This document shows, piece after piece, positions 18,607 through 29,105 of a DNA stretch of 64,000 nucleotides; the first letter of the stretch is position 1, and each line of letters begins with the position of its first letter. This stretch comes from Promethearchaeota archaeon (GTDB lineage Archaea; Asgardarchaeota; Lokiarchaeia; Sigyniarchaeales; SOKP01), in contig JAEOTZ010000058.1 of assembly GCA_016839585.1 (NCBI GenBank), positions 1-64,000 on the forward strand, written 5' to 3'. Below the pieces are notes generated by a model, which did not search any database, was not told the DNA's origin, and saw only the letters and a list, made by a program, of their open reading frames with translations. The translations under genes and the position numbers were made by a program.

Positions 18607-20685
18607 TTGATACGCATGACGGATGTCTCAGAGAGTGTATTGGGAAAAAAATTGGATCTGAAGACCTATTATAAATTGGCACAAGATGCATTTGAAGCAA
18701 AAGATCTCTCTCAAGCAAAACAAATCTCTGAAAATGGTTTAAAACAAGCTCAATTAGAGAATAATGGTGAATGGACTCAAAAATTTGATTCGTTTAATTC
18801 TGAGTTAGCTCAATTTTATATGGATCGTGTTAAAGAAGGAGATATGCGCTTTACCAAACAAGAGGTAATCAGTAAACCTGAGTTAGTATCAGTCAAAGAG
18901 GATCTCACCATTGTAAAGGGAATAGGCAAAACGGTAGCAGAAAAGCTATATCAAGCGGGAATTACCTCAGTACACGAATTAGCCTTAGCAACTAAAGAAC
19001 GACTTATGACGGTAAAGGGGATAGGTTCGGAAACAGCAATGAGGTTTATTGATGCTGCTAAATCCAGTGTAAATGTTCCAACATTAAATACTTTTACAGG
19101 ATCTAAGCCCTCAGTACAAGAACAAGAAAATCTAATCGAGGAAGAATCTAATCAAGAAGTATCATCAAATAATAATGATAAATGGTTTGATGGTAAATTT
19201 AAAAGACCAAAATCTGGAGTATGGTATTCACCGCAAGGGCAGGAAGTTCCAAAAAGTAAGACATTATCTTCTTCAACTCAAGTTCCTCCACTTACCGAAG
19301 ATGATAATGATGAGTCTTATGAAATTGAAGAATTACCTAACTATGAACATATACCTAAACACACAATCCTTGAGACAAATAATTACCAGAAAAGTAATTT
19401 CATTGAAAATCAACAACAGCTACCCTCAACACCTATAGAGAGAACTCCTCAAGTAGAAACAAAAAAACAAACCAACATCATAGAGAAAAGGAATGCAGAA
19501 AAATTATCCGCTGTTGAATCAAATTCCCTAAAATCAGAAGTACAAGAGGAACTTTCTTCTAATGGTTATTATATTATCAATGACAATCCGTTTTTACAAG
19601 ATATCTTTAAAAACATTGATCTTTTAGGAGTAAAAATCATTCAAGTCAATGAACTCTTAGATCTATTACTCCTAATTCCAGTTAGAATAAATTCAATTAA
19701 AGGACCTTTAATAGTCTCAGAAGATTCTGCAAAATATGATTTTTCTCAGGAAACAGGGAAGTGTTATAGCCGAACTGTAACTACGCTACTTAATGTTAAT
19801 TTTGATAAAATTACTCAAGCTCAAGAATTAATCTTTAATGAGCTTGTAGCAGAAGGAAATATTTTTCAATTCTTTCGAAAATATTTAAAACTTAATATCT
19901 CTGTAGAGAAAACCATCACTAACAGGAGATTATTTTTTAGGGCGGGAGCACTTCAGTTAAAAGTATTAATCGAGCCGGTTATAATCAACCAAGGTAATGT
20001 AGGGTTAATCGAAAAGGTACTTCCGTTTGCGTATCAAAAATATAGAAATTTACATATTCTTGAACTAGAAAGTCTTTCTGAACTGTTATCGTACCTAGAA
20101 AAAAAGTATTATCTTATTGAAACCCAACCCGATCAAGAAACTTCTATTAATCGCTACTTTAAAGCTACGGCGTCTCTAATGGAAGAACTACGACTCTATT
20201 CAATCCCATTTATAGGATTTGGGATTATTTTTGCATTTGTATTACTATCCCAAGTTCCTGAGCTAATTCAAGTATTCATGAATTTGGGATTTGGTTTGAT
20301 TATTACTTATGGAATAACCGTTGGATATTTATATTATAAATTTTACAAAAAGAAAGCCAAACTACAACAAGAGTTTCATACACCTTATTATCAAAAATCA
20401 TTAGAATTAGATGAGACAAGTTTGATTTTGATCAATGAAGAATTTTCTCCTGAATTGATGGCCCAATTTTCCTATGAATGTCTCGGTAAAAACGTTCCTT
20501 TTCCTCTTATCTCCCAATTAGAAAGAAATCGAGCAGAAGATCTTCTGACTAAAAAGAAAATAACCACAGAAATCGAGAAAGGAGAGTTCTTTGAATCTAC
20601 CCCAGAGGTAACTAAAACAAAGGTAAATGATACCAAAATAAAAGATAAATTAATTTCAAAATATGGTTCATTTTTAGAGGATTGA
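18607..20685 (+). CDS. membrane-anchored helix-hairpin-helix DNA-binding protein
   Basis: Tandem HhH (VKGIGKTVAEKL, VKGIGSETAMRF), low-complexity linker, two TMs near the C-terminus. Confidence 0.8.
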   Translation: MIRMTDVSESVLGKKLDLKTYYKLAQDAFEAKDLSQAKQISENGLKQAQLENNGEWTQKFDSFNSELAQFYMDRVKEGDMRFTKQEVISKPELVSVKEDLTIVKGIGKTVAEKLYQAGITSVHELALATKERLMTVKGIGSETAMRFIDAAKSSVNVPTLNTFTGSKPSVQEQENLIEEESNQEVSSNNNDKWFDGKFKRPKSGVWYSPQGQEVPKSKTLSSSTQVPPLTEDDNDESYEIEELPNYEHIPKHTILETNNYQKSNFIENQQQLPSTPIERTPQVETKKQTNIIEKRNAEKLSAVESNSLKSEVQEELSSNGYYIINDNPFLQDIFKNIDLLGVKIIQVNELLDLLLLIPVRINSIKGPLIVSEDSAKYDFSQETGKCYSRTVTTLLNVNFDKITQAQELIFNELVAEGNIFQFFRKYLKLNISVEKTITNRRLFFRAGALQLKVLIEPVIINQGNVGLIEKVLPFAYQKYRNLHILELESLSELLSYLEKKYYLIETQPDQETSINRYFKATASLMEELRLYSIPFIGFGIIFAFVLLSQVPELIQVFMNLGFGLIITYGITVGYLYYKFYKKKAKLQQEFHTPYYQKSLELDETSLILINEEFSPELMAQFSYECLGKNVPFPLISQLERNRAEDLLTKKKITTEIEKGEFFESTPEVTKTKVNDTKIKDKLISKYGSFLED

Positions 20686-20689
20686 GAAA

Positions 20690-21442
20690 ATGGAATTTAA
20701 AATTATCAAACTTAAAGTCAAACAAATCTTTAAGGCATTATTTTTAGTAGGAATTGTCTTCCTGTTTATCTCATTGTTCTTAAATTGGTACAGTTATCAA
20801 GTCTATGACATAAATAATGATCTAATTGCCTCATGGAACTATAACCTTTTTACTGGATGGAATACACCCCTTTCAGCCGCATTTACTCTAAATAAACTTT
20901 TTAGACCTGATAATCTGAATCTTTCCCCTATAATGCACATTCTTCTTATTGGTATTAGTGTAATTTGTGTTTATATAGCATTGATAAAGGATGTTGACCA
21001 AGATGTTTCCCCTCAAAGATTAAAAAATTATTCCTATCTGAATTTTTTCTTACTTTTACTGGTGGGATTCTATGTAGTAATCTTTCCCGTAGCATACCTA
21101 TTATTAAATGATCTTTACTTTCCTTATCTTAAATATGAGGATATTCAAGCTAACATAACGTATGTATATTCCTTAAATATTGGCTATTATTTTCAATTAA
21201 TTGCCCTAATTCTCATCTTTCCTTATATTTTGTTCTATTATCAAACGATTACTACCTTTGAACGAGAAGAACATACTATGGAAAAAGCCATAGTGAGATA
21301 TATTGAAAAAAATCAAGAACCTCTTGACCTGGATAAGTTTATAGCCGAAGAAGAGTTAAAACAAAAGGTTGGCCAAAAAGAACCATTAGATGAAGTAGAG
21401 CTTATTTATTCCCAATTTCAAAAAAAAAGGGCAAGAAAATGA
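20690..21442 (+). CDS. 4-TM membrane protein
   Basis: Four hydrophobic helices; operonic. Confidence 0.8.
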   Translation: MEFKIIKLKVKQIFKALFLVGIVFLFISLFLNWYSYQVYDINNDLIASWNYNLFTGWNTPLSAAFTLNKLFRPDNLNLSPIMHILLIGISVICVYIALIKDVDQDVSPQRLKNYSYLNFFLLLLVGFYVVIFPVAYLLLNDLYFPYLKYEDIQANITYVYSLNIGYYFQLIALILIFPYILFYYQTITTFEREEHTMEKAIVRYIEKNQEPLDLDKFIAEEELKQKVGQKEPLDEVELIYSQFQKKRARK

Positions 21443-22293
21443 ATGAAACCATAATTGATTCTAAATTAAAACATTTAATCCAAGTCTGTAAAGAGACTCA
21501 AAATTATAAAAAGTTAGCAGTCTCTGGATTCATACTTATAAGTAATAAAATGGATGAGATGGGGATAAGGTTAGGATTACGTCCACGAAATAAGGAAAAG
21601 GATGAGATGCTTTTTGAGTATATGAAGCTTATCAATGATGTGTTTATGACCAATTTAAAAATACATATTTTTAAGCAAGAACGACTTGAGACTTTAAAAC
21701 AATGTGAGACATTATTTCTTAGGAAAAAAGGGGACGTTCCTTATAATTATGTCAAAAAGATTTTTTTACTTTATTATGAACTAAGAAAGCTAGACATTCC
21801 TAATCTCCATGAGCAGTTAAAAGAAGATAATCTTATTAAAACGACCAATGCTAACTTATTTTCCTTTCTATCCCCCAAAGGTAGACAGAAGAAAAATGAC
21901 ACTAATAAGTTAAGACCTCTCATACTCCATAAAGTTAGGGAAAAAGAAATTGCCCTACGTGAGACCTTAAACTATGATTTTAATGCAAAAACATTTGAAC
22001 AGGCAATATATTTGAAAAAAATTAAAAAAGGACTTGAAGAGAATGGAAAACATAAAATCGTGATCCAAGGGGCGTTAAAGGACAATATCAACTATCAACT
22101 CTCGTTGAAGAGTATTTTAGGCTACTTTATTCTTGGTGTATTTTTGGTTGCGTTTTGTTTTGGGTTTGTTGTATTAATTGAAATGATGCTCTTTCCGTTT
22201 ACGGTGGGGATCTTTGGCTTATCGATCTTACTTTTATTTGGAGTGGCTGCTCTTTTTCTCATATTATATTGGCAAAATTTTAGAGGTGAATAA
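21439..22293 (+). CDS. hypothetical protein with C-terminal TM hairpin
   Basis: ATGA overlap with the upstream gene; two C-terminal TMs. Confidence 0.8.
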   Translation: MNETIIDSKLKHLIQVCKETQNYKKLAVSGFILISNKMDEMGIRLGLRPRNKEKDEMLFEYMKLINDVFMTNLKIHIFKQERLETLKQCETLFLRKKGDVPYNYVKKIFLLYYELRKLDIPNLHEQLKEDNLIKTTNANLFSFLSPKGRQKKNDTNKLRPLILHKVREKEIALRETLNYDFNAKTFEQAIYLKKIKKGLEENGKHKIVIQGALKDNINYQLSLKSILGYFILGVFLVAFCFGFVVLIEMMLFPFTVGIFGLSILLLFGVAALFLILYWQNFRGE

Positions 22294-22294
22294 G

Positions 22295-25200
22295 TTGATA
22301 TCCAAATATCGTGATACGAAACTAAAAGCAAAGGAAGTCAAGGTTAAGTTTAAAGAGGAGGAGGGTTCTGAGGATACAAAATACTTCATATGGAAAGTCA
22401 ATCCCTCCTTTAAAGATATTAAGACTAGCACTGCCATTTTAAAATCAATATTTATTGTCTCCTTATTGGGGTTCATCATTTCTTTTGTCTATATATCTAC
22501 TTCTGATCTTACGATAAGTATAGTGGTAGGAGTAATAATCTTTATATTATTTATCATAGTATTTCATGACCAATTTTTTAGTCTCAGTTCTCTTTTTTCC
22601 TATACATTCCGAAAGTTTAGTTCCTTTGATCCATTCGAAAAGATGATCTTTTGGCAAGAAAAAGACAATCCGAGAATAATATATCTTTCGAATAGACAAG
22701 ATCTAACACATATTGGTCTGTGTATTTTCAAAATAGAAGTTCTACCAGAGAATGTTCATGCTGCAATCGATACGTTCATTCGATCACTAAGTGAGGGGAG
22801 TAGTCTAACTCCTTATTCCTATCAGGTGGTTCAAAACCCCTATTATGTTAGGCGCTCAATGTCAAGAGACACGGTAGTCGGCTCTCAAGAATCAATTGAG
22901 ACCTACATTTATTTTAGTGTTTATTATAAGATAAAAGGAATCCTGCGTGAAAATAAGAGAGAGCTTTTAAAATACAAGTTAAATCAAATTACAAACAAAT
23001 TAAAATCAGATTTTGTCTCTAACTTTCATCATTATAGGATTGCACTTCTTTCTGGAACACGATTACTCAATACATTAAGAACCCATTTTATTCGGGATAA
23101 TAGAACTTACCAAAATAAAGAGGTAGATATTGACTCTTATTCTTTTGAAAGTAATCGATCTATTGTGGTTGCTAAGCTGTTTTTTTGCAGTTTGCTAATA
23201 TTAACCTGTGATTATCTTTTATTTGCTAGTACTATTAGTTTTGGGTTTATCCTACTCTTTAATATGATTTTAATAGGAACCATATGTATTCTATGGTGGA
23301 GAGAACTCTTATTTCAAGTATCGAAAAAACAACTGCTAAATAATGAAGAAATCAGACTTATTGCTCCTTTTGCCGATGTTGATTTTTTTCACTTTAAAAA
23401 GATTCCTGATAGTATTTTTCTTCTGGTTGATAACACACTCCTTATTAATCGCAAAATGATTAACCTTCAATATGCCTCTCCTCCTGCCTATGGTAGTGCT
23501 GATAAGTTTTATCAGGCATTAATGAGCCAAAAAATTCCGTTTACTTATACCGCATTAAACACACCCCTTTCCTTCTATCGGTTCTATAAAGAAGGCTTCA
23601 AATATCTAAGGGATGATGTAATTAAAAAATTAGTATATGAAAAGAAATTTAGGTTAAAGACCACTCAAGATGAGCTTAATTGGTTAAATAAACGCTCTGG
23701 AATATGGAGAACCATTTTACTTATATCAACCTCAAGCTACAAGAAAGTTGATTCCCTTAAAGTAGAATATATAATGGAACTGGAAAAAAAGTTGCAATCC
23801 GACATAAATTTGTTGAAAAATGCTTTTCATATGAATTTTTTGAATTATAAACTTGTCGAGCTTCAGAAACGAAAACTGGTCTCAGGATATTTATGCGAGA
23901 CTGTGAAAACCAAATTTACCCGATTAAACGGCACCCATTTAGATTATGTTCTATTCCAAGGAAAAATCTTGAATAATCTGACAAGAATAGTGGACATCCT
24001 TAAAAAAGGGGTTGAGACTCGTATTGCTGCTGAATTTAATACCCCACTTCACCTACAGAACTTTATAACAATCGGACAAACTATTAATACCGAGGTACTT
24101 GAAGAAGAAATACCATTTGGATTTCTGTTGGAGCAGTTAAACAATCTTCTCATTACCAATGGAACAGCAAAAAGTAGAGAGTTGGCTTGTATGAAAATAG
24201 TCTCAGAATTGGTAAAGGCAACTATCCCTTCTATTATATTTGATTTTAATGGTACTTGGTCAAAATTAATCACTTACTTTAAAGATTCTCGGTATGAAAA
24301 TGATTTCTTATATTTTAAGTTAGGAAGTACATTTACCTTAGATCCGCTTTATTCGGATATCCCTTATGATCAAAGTAATTCTGCCTTTCTGGAATATATG
24401 TATAATTCGTATGCTTTAGCGTTTAAAAAAGATGAGAGAACCATCGATATGTTCCGTGCCACTATTCAGAAACATCCAGAGATGGATCTATCTTCTCTAA
24501 ATTTAGAAATTCGGAATCAAAGGGAATGGGAAAAAAAACCAATGAACTCGACGTTAACAAGTCTATTTAGTGATTTTTCTCAAGAAGATCTTACCCGATT
24601 CTTCTCTTCTCATAAAGGCTCTAACGGAAGTATTTCCCCTCTTAAGTTTATAACTAATGAGAAGACCATAATTATTGATTTGTCAATATCTAGTGATTTT
24701 CGAAAACAACTCTTCTTTACGTTTATTGTCATTTCTAAGATATTGCATTATATAAGGAACTCTCATGAGTTTATACCAAAAGTATTGATCATTCCTCACA
24801 TTGATTTGTATTTCGATAATTATTATATTGAGCAAAGAAAGAATTATGGGATCATCGACACCTTCTTAGATCCTCTAATTCAGCGTGGCTTTGGTTTAGT
24901 CTTTAGTGCCAATCAAATCTATTACCTCCATTCGAACTTTTATAATATAATTAATAACTTTCTTACTTTTAGGGCAACAGACAAACGTGATATTGCCGTA
25001 TTAAAGAATCAAATGAATTTACAGGAATTAGTCGGAAGGGGGTATTATTCTTCTACCCGTAATAATACCTATCAAATTGATTACTTAATGAATTTAAAAG
25101 ATGATGAGGTGATTGCTAAAAGAAGTGACATTTATCAACCCTTCCCTGCAAATATAACATGGTCTAATCTAAAAGTGATTAATATGTTGGAAATGGAAGA

Positions 25201-26098
25201 GATCATTCATTTTATGAAAGAGCAAGGCTATGACTTAAAATCAGCCGAGCAACAAATTTTACAACAGGCAAAGCAAACAATATTTGAGAAGGACTTAGGG
25301 AGCTATTTCTTGTATCTTAACGAGATCCAACAATTTTTAGAGCAGTTGAGAACTGTCGATCAAATAGGCAATTTGTATAAGAGTAAGATTACTAAAGAGT
25401 TAAAGCAATACATTGCTCCTAAAGCTAAAAAACGACATTATACCAATCCAGAAATAGTTAAGTTAGTAGATCAATTGTTTACTATATTAGTAAAGCACGG
25501 ATACTTGGTTGAGAACCATCCTAAAAAAGCAAGTGGTTCAGAAGCAATAAGAACTTCTTATTCTGTGGGTGATCAGCTTGATAGAGCAATTGAGGATTAT
25601 TATCAAATAAAAGCTGATATGGAAGTTGCTGTAGATGTCTTAGAAAAGGAGTCAAAAGAACCTGTTGACTATAAGAAAGCGTTCCAAGAACAAAAAAGAT
25701 CTTATATTATTAAGAAGAAGAATCTAAAAGAAGCATTTGCTCGTGAATTTAGCGATCTTTATTGGATAATTTTTAAGGCACATTCTTTTATCAATCATAA
25801 GGAGTATCGAAATGCATTAAAGATCCAGCATAATTTAATTAAAAAGTATCTTATGAGTGTCTATAAACATTTCTATAATGCTGATTACCTAGTTACTTCA
25901 AAAGATTTAGAGAAGTTTATTACAGAAATTTCCAAAGATCCCGATATTCTCTTTACTCAAGAAGAATTACATAAATACCTGGATAAGTACCAAGTTATTA
26001 ATTTTGATGAGGAAAATCTCAAGGAATTAGCAATAAAGATGTATACCTATTATTCACAATTTTTTGAAAAAATTCAATTATATATCAATAAAGCATAA
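22295..26098 (+). CDS. large membrane-anchored HerA/VirB4-family protein with degenerate Walker motifs
   Basis: Two TM hairpins; LLITNGTAKSRE at the Walker A position, IIFDFNGTW, LDPL, IIIDLS, VLIIPHID at the Walker B position, RGFGLVFSANQ, FLTFRATDKRD; start TTG 22295 after GAGGTGA. Confidence 0.72.
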   Translation: MISKYRDTKLKAKEVKVKFKEEEGSEDTKYFIWKVNPSFKDIKTSTAILKSIFIVSLLGFIISFVYISTSDLTISIVVGVIIFILFIIVFHDQFFSLSSLFSYTFRKFSSFDPFEKMIFWQEKDNPRIIYLSNRQDLTHIGLCIFKIEVLPENVHAAIDTFIRSLSEGSSLTPYSYQVVQNPYYVRRSMSRDTVVGSQESIETYIYFSVYYKIKGILRENKRELLKYKLNQITNKLKSDFVSNFHHYRIALLSGTRLLNTLRTHFIRDNRTYQNKEVDIDSYSFESNRSIVVAKLFFCSLLILTCDYLLFASTISFGFILLFNMILIGTICILWWRELLFQVSKKQLLNNEEIRLIAPFADVDFFHFKKIPDSIFLLVDNTLLINRKMINLQYASPPAYGSADKFYQALMSQKIPFTYTALNTPLSFYRFYKEGFKYLRDDVIKKLVYEKKFRLKTTQDELNWLNKRSGIWRTILLISTSSYKKVDSLKVEYIMELEKKLQSDINLLKNAFHMNFLNYKLVELQKRKLVSGYLCETVKTKFTRLNGTHLDYVLFQGKILNNLTRIVDILKKGVETRIAAEFNTPLHLQNFITIGQTINTEVLEEEIPFGFLLEQLNNLLITNGTAKSRELACMKIVSELVKATIPSIIFDFNGTWSKLITYFKDSRYENDFLYFKLGSTFTLDPLYSDIPYDQSNSAFLEYMYNSYALAFKKDERTIDMFRATIQKHPEMDLSSLNLEIRNQREWEKKPMNSTLTSLFSDFSQEDLTRFFSSHKGSNGSISPLKFITNEKTIIIDLSISSDFRKQLFFTFIVISKILHYIRNSHEFIPKVLIIPHIDLYFDNYYIEQRKNYGIIDTFLDPLIQRGFGLVFSANQIYYLHSNFYNIINNFLTFRATDKRDIAVLKNQMNLQELVGRGYYSSTRNNTYQIDYLMNLKDDEVIAKRSDIYQPFPANITWSNLKVINMLEMEEIIHFMKEQGYDLKSAEQQILQQAKQTIFEKDLGSYFLYLNEIQQFLEQLRTVDQIGNLYKSKITKELKQYIAPKAKKRHYTNPEIVKLVDQLFTILVKHGYLVENHPKKASGSEAIRTSYSVGDQLDRAIEDYYQIKADMEVAVDVLEKESKEPVDYKKAFQEQKRSYIIKKKNLKEAFAREFSDLYWIIFKAHSFINHKEYRNALKIQHNLIKKYLMSVYKHFYNADYLVTSKDLEKFITEISKDPDILFTQEELHKYLDKYQVINFDEENLKELAIKMYTYYSQFFEKIQLYINKA

Positions 26099-26099
26099 A

Positions 26100-26936
26100 A
26101 TGAGTATATCAAAATCACAAGGTCAAATTTTAAACGCATTATTGGAAAAGATTTTTTTTAGTAAGAATGAATTGGATATTTTGAAAGATAAGATAAATCA
26201 GGTATACCTGAAGGCAATAACCCCAAAAGAATTGAGGAATCATATTTTTGGAGATCGGGTTCGTATTATGGAAGAACTCATCGAATTCTTTCCCTTCTAT
26301 CTCAAGGAATCGATAAATAGTAATTTCGATAGTGAAGACTTACAATCTGAAAGGGATGGAACTTTATTAGAACAAGTAAAAGAGAGAGAGGAACTCTTAG
26401 AAATTATAGCAAAGCGGCTTATGAACATTTATAACAAGCTAAAAGAGAAAAGAAATCCTGAAGATTATAATGATATAAAGGAGATTTCAAAGGAACAAAA
26501 GGATCAAAAACAAGACGCTAAATTGCTGGTAGTGGATCTTTCTAATATTTTAAACTTGGATAAGGATCAAAATGAAAAGTTAAAAATTGAGAACATTTTA
26601 AAACTTTATAATACAATAGTAGAGCTTGGTTATGAACCCCATATGATAGCCGATGCAAATATGAAATACCATTTGAACTCTGATGACCAATATGAAGACC
26701 TGAAAACAAAAGGAATCATAACTCAATCCCCTGCTGGAACAAAAGCAGATGAGTGGGTTTTAGATGTTGCTAAGCGTGAGAATCGCAAATTCCTCAGCAA
26801 TGATTTGTATAGAGATTATCGAGCTGAATTTGGAAATGAGTGGGTTTTTAATAATCGTCTTACTTGCATTTTTTCTAATGGAAAGTTCATCATACGAGAA
26901 AATAAAAATAATAAAAGTCATAAAACCGTTAATTAA
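26100..26936 (+). CDS. NYN/PIN-fold (Zc3h12a-like) ribonuclease domain protein
   Basis: VVDLSNI, IADAN, PAGTKADEWVL, LSNDLYRDY acidic active-site pattern; ATG at 26100. Confidence 0.82.
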   Translation: MSISKSQGQILNALLEKIFFSKNELDILKDKINQVYLKAITPKELRNHIFGDRVRIMEELIEFFPFYLKESINSNFDSEDLQSERDGTLLEQVKEREELLEIIAKRLMNIYNKLKEKRNPEDYNDIKEISKEQKDQKQDAKLLVVDLSNILNLDKDQNEKLKIENILKLYNTIVELGYEPHMIADANMKYHLNSDDQYEDLKTKGIITQSPAGTKADEWVLDVAKRENRKFLSNDLYRDYRAEFGNEWVFNNRLTCIFSNGKFIIRENKNNKSHKTVN

Positions 26937-27068
26937 AATTAACTTACTTTTTTTTACAGACAGACATCTTCACTATATAAAGGAAAAAAAGAACCTCTGC
27001 TCTCTTCTTTTTATTTAAATATATTTGTATAAGGTAGATCTTAATTTTCAAATACATACAAAAAAAAG

Positions 27069-29030
27069 ATGCAAACAATGCTTTCCGAAGAAACTATATC
27101 GATTCGTGGAATCTCGTTAAATAAGTTATTTTGCGTCTCTACCGATGAGTTTTTGAGACCATTTGAGGATGTAATTGATCCTGATATCAATAAGGGGATG
27201 TATCTGGATTTTGAAATCTGTGATAGGTATCATCAACACAAAATAAGTCCTATTTTAAGATTAGCTCGTCCAGAAGATGCGCAAGATATTGTAGAAATTT
27301 ACAAGGAATTGTATGATGGTACCTATCCTTATAAAGAGATGGAAGATGAGGAAGAAGTGAAAAAAATGATAAGAGATCCCAATATTCAATGGATTATCTA
27401 CCAAGATCCTTCATTTAACGTAGCGGGTTGTATTACTTTTGTCTTAGATTTTGAGAATAAGAGAGGATATATTCGAGGATTCATGTTAAAGAAGGAGTAT
27501 CAAGGATACATTGACATAACAAAGGCGATGATTGGGTCTATGATTGGGATGTGTCATAAATTTAGGGATGCGATCTTTACTTGGTATGTGGAAAATAGAA
27601 CTGCTCATGCAAAATCTCAATATTCAATGAGAGTGTGTGGGATTGCTCCAATTGGGTTCTATCCTAATAAGGATATTTTTTTAGGTGACGTAGAATCTGA
27701 CATAATGCAAATTCTGTATGATGAACGGGTGTTAAAAGTATATAGAAGCAAAGAGATCCCTCAAATTTTACCTGAAGTTAAGAACTGCTTTTCATATTCT
27801 GATGAACGGTATAATTTAGGAGAATATAAAATTGATGAACCTTGTATCGAGTTTGATTTTAAAAAATTGATGGCCCTCAAAGAAAGGTTCGTTAAAAAAG
27901 TTATAAAAGAGAGGTTTGGCTATGAGACAATTTCTTTTTCCTTTATTGGATCCACTTCCTTTTTTAAATTCTTATATACTCCAAGTGTTAAAAATTTCGA
28001 GAAAACAGAGTATAAAGTCAGAAATTTAGAAGAATTATATGTATTTGTCCAAGAATTTATGAAAGGCAAAAAAGAACTCAATGTGCGCTATTGCGAGGTC
28101 TTTTTATCAGCATATAATCCTTCTCATCAGAAGATCTTTAGGGATGCAGGATTTTCTCCCAGAGGTTATATCCCAAGCTGGAAGTATAATCATAAAATAG
28201 GTGTGTTTGAAGACCAAATTCTGTTTAATTATTTTGAAGGTCACATAACTAGTAAAATGCAGTTAATTCAAGAAGCATGGGAGCTTTTTAAGACCATAGA
28301 TGCTAGACCAAATAGAAAAGTACATGAAAGAAAAAATGATTATCTAATCTATTTCGAAAGTAAAAGGCTTGAGCCCCCTAAAATGACTACCACTGAAAAT
28401 GTACTTTCTCCAAAAATAATAAGTCTAATCCTATTAGGTGGGCTCTGCGCGTATTTACTTCTATTATTTAGTAGTATTATGATAGCCTCTTTTTCACATA
28501 AATCCCAATTTAATCTGATGACTCATACGATTAGTGCCTTAGGATCGAAAACCATCACTCCCTTACCATTTCTATTTGATACAGCCTGTATAATCGGAGG
28601 ATTAACGACCATCCTTCTTAATGATAAATCATTTAAGCAGTTAATGTCTAATTCTTCCATTGATTTCAAGAAATCTCATACAAACTTTAAAATCGTAAGA
28701 TTTAGATTACTTTTTGGTATGGTTGGAAATGTGGGATATATCTTAGTGGGAATTTTTAGCTCAGATAGGGCAGGACCTTCTGGACTTATTCATGGATGCT
28801 TTGCTGCGATGGCATTTAGCGGATTTATTCTATCTATTTTCTTATTTAGTCTCAGCATCATGTTTTTTCAAGGGACAGCCCAGAATCGATGCTGGATATT
28901 CGGTTTAATTGCTCCATTATTTGCCTTTTTACTCTATTGTGTCCTTATATACCCTATAGTAGAGTGGATTCTGTTGTTTACCATCCTTATCTCATTAATT
29001 CCGCAATTTTTTTGGAGTATAATTCATTAG
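27069..29030 (+). CDS. GNAT-fold protein fused to a DUF998-like multi-TM domain
   Basis: LRLARPEDAQDI GNAT start; C-terminal HTISALG...GIFS...HG membrane domain; motif variant TTTTTATTTAAATA at 27008-27021. Confidence 0.75.
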   Translation: MQTMLSEETISIRGISLNKLFCVSTDEFLRPFEDVIDPDINKGMYLDFEICDRYHQHKISPILRLARPEDAQDIVEIYKELYDGTYPYKEMEDEEEVKKMIRDPNIQWIIYQDPSFNVAGCITFVLDFENKRGYIRGFMLKKEYQGYIDITKAMIGSMIGMCHKFRDAIFTWYVENRTAHAKSQYSMRVCGIAPIGFYPNKDIFLGDVESDIMQILYDERVLKVYRSKEIPQILPEVKNCFSYSDERYNLGEYKIDEPCIEFDFKKLMALKERFVKKVIKERFGYETISFSFIGSTSFFKFLYTPSVKNFEKTEYKVRNLEELYVFVQEFMKGKKELNVRYCEVFLSAYNPSHQKIFRDAGFSPRGYIPSWKYNHKIGVFEDQILFNYFEGHITSKMQLIQEAWELFKTIDARPNRKVHERKNDYLIYFESKRLEPPKMTTTENVLSPKIISLILLGGLCAYLLLLFSSIMIASFSHKSQFNLMTHTISALGSKTITPLPFLFDTACIIGGLTTILLNDKSFKQLMSNSSIDFKKSHTNFKIVRFRLLFGMVGNVGYILVGIFSSDRAGPSGLIHGCFAAMAFSGFILSIFLFSLSIMFFQGTAQNRCWIFGLIAPLFAFLLYCVLIYPIVEWILLFTILISLIPQFFWSIIH

Positions 29031-29105
29031 GAAGTAAGTAAATGTAAAAAGAAGGTTAATAATAATTTTTTTTCAAGACATTTAAACGAGAATCCTCATA
29101 CGTCT

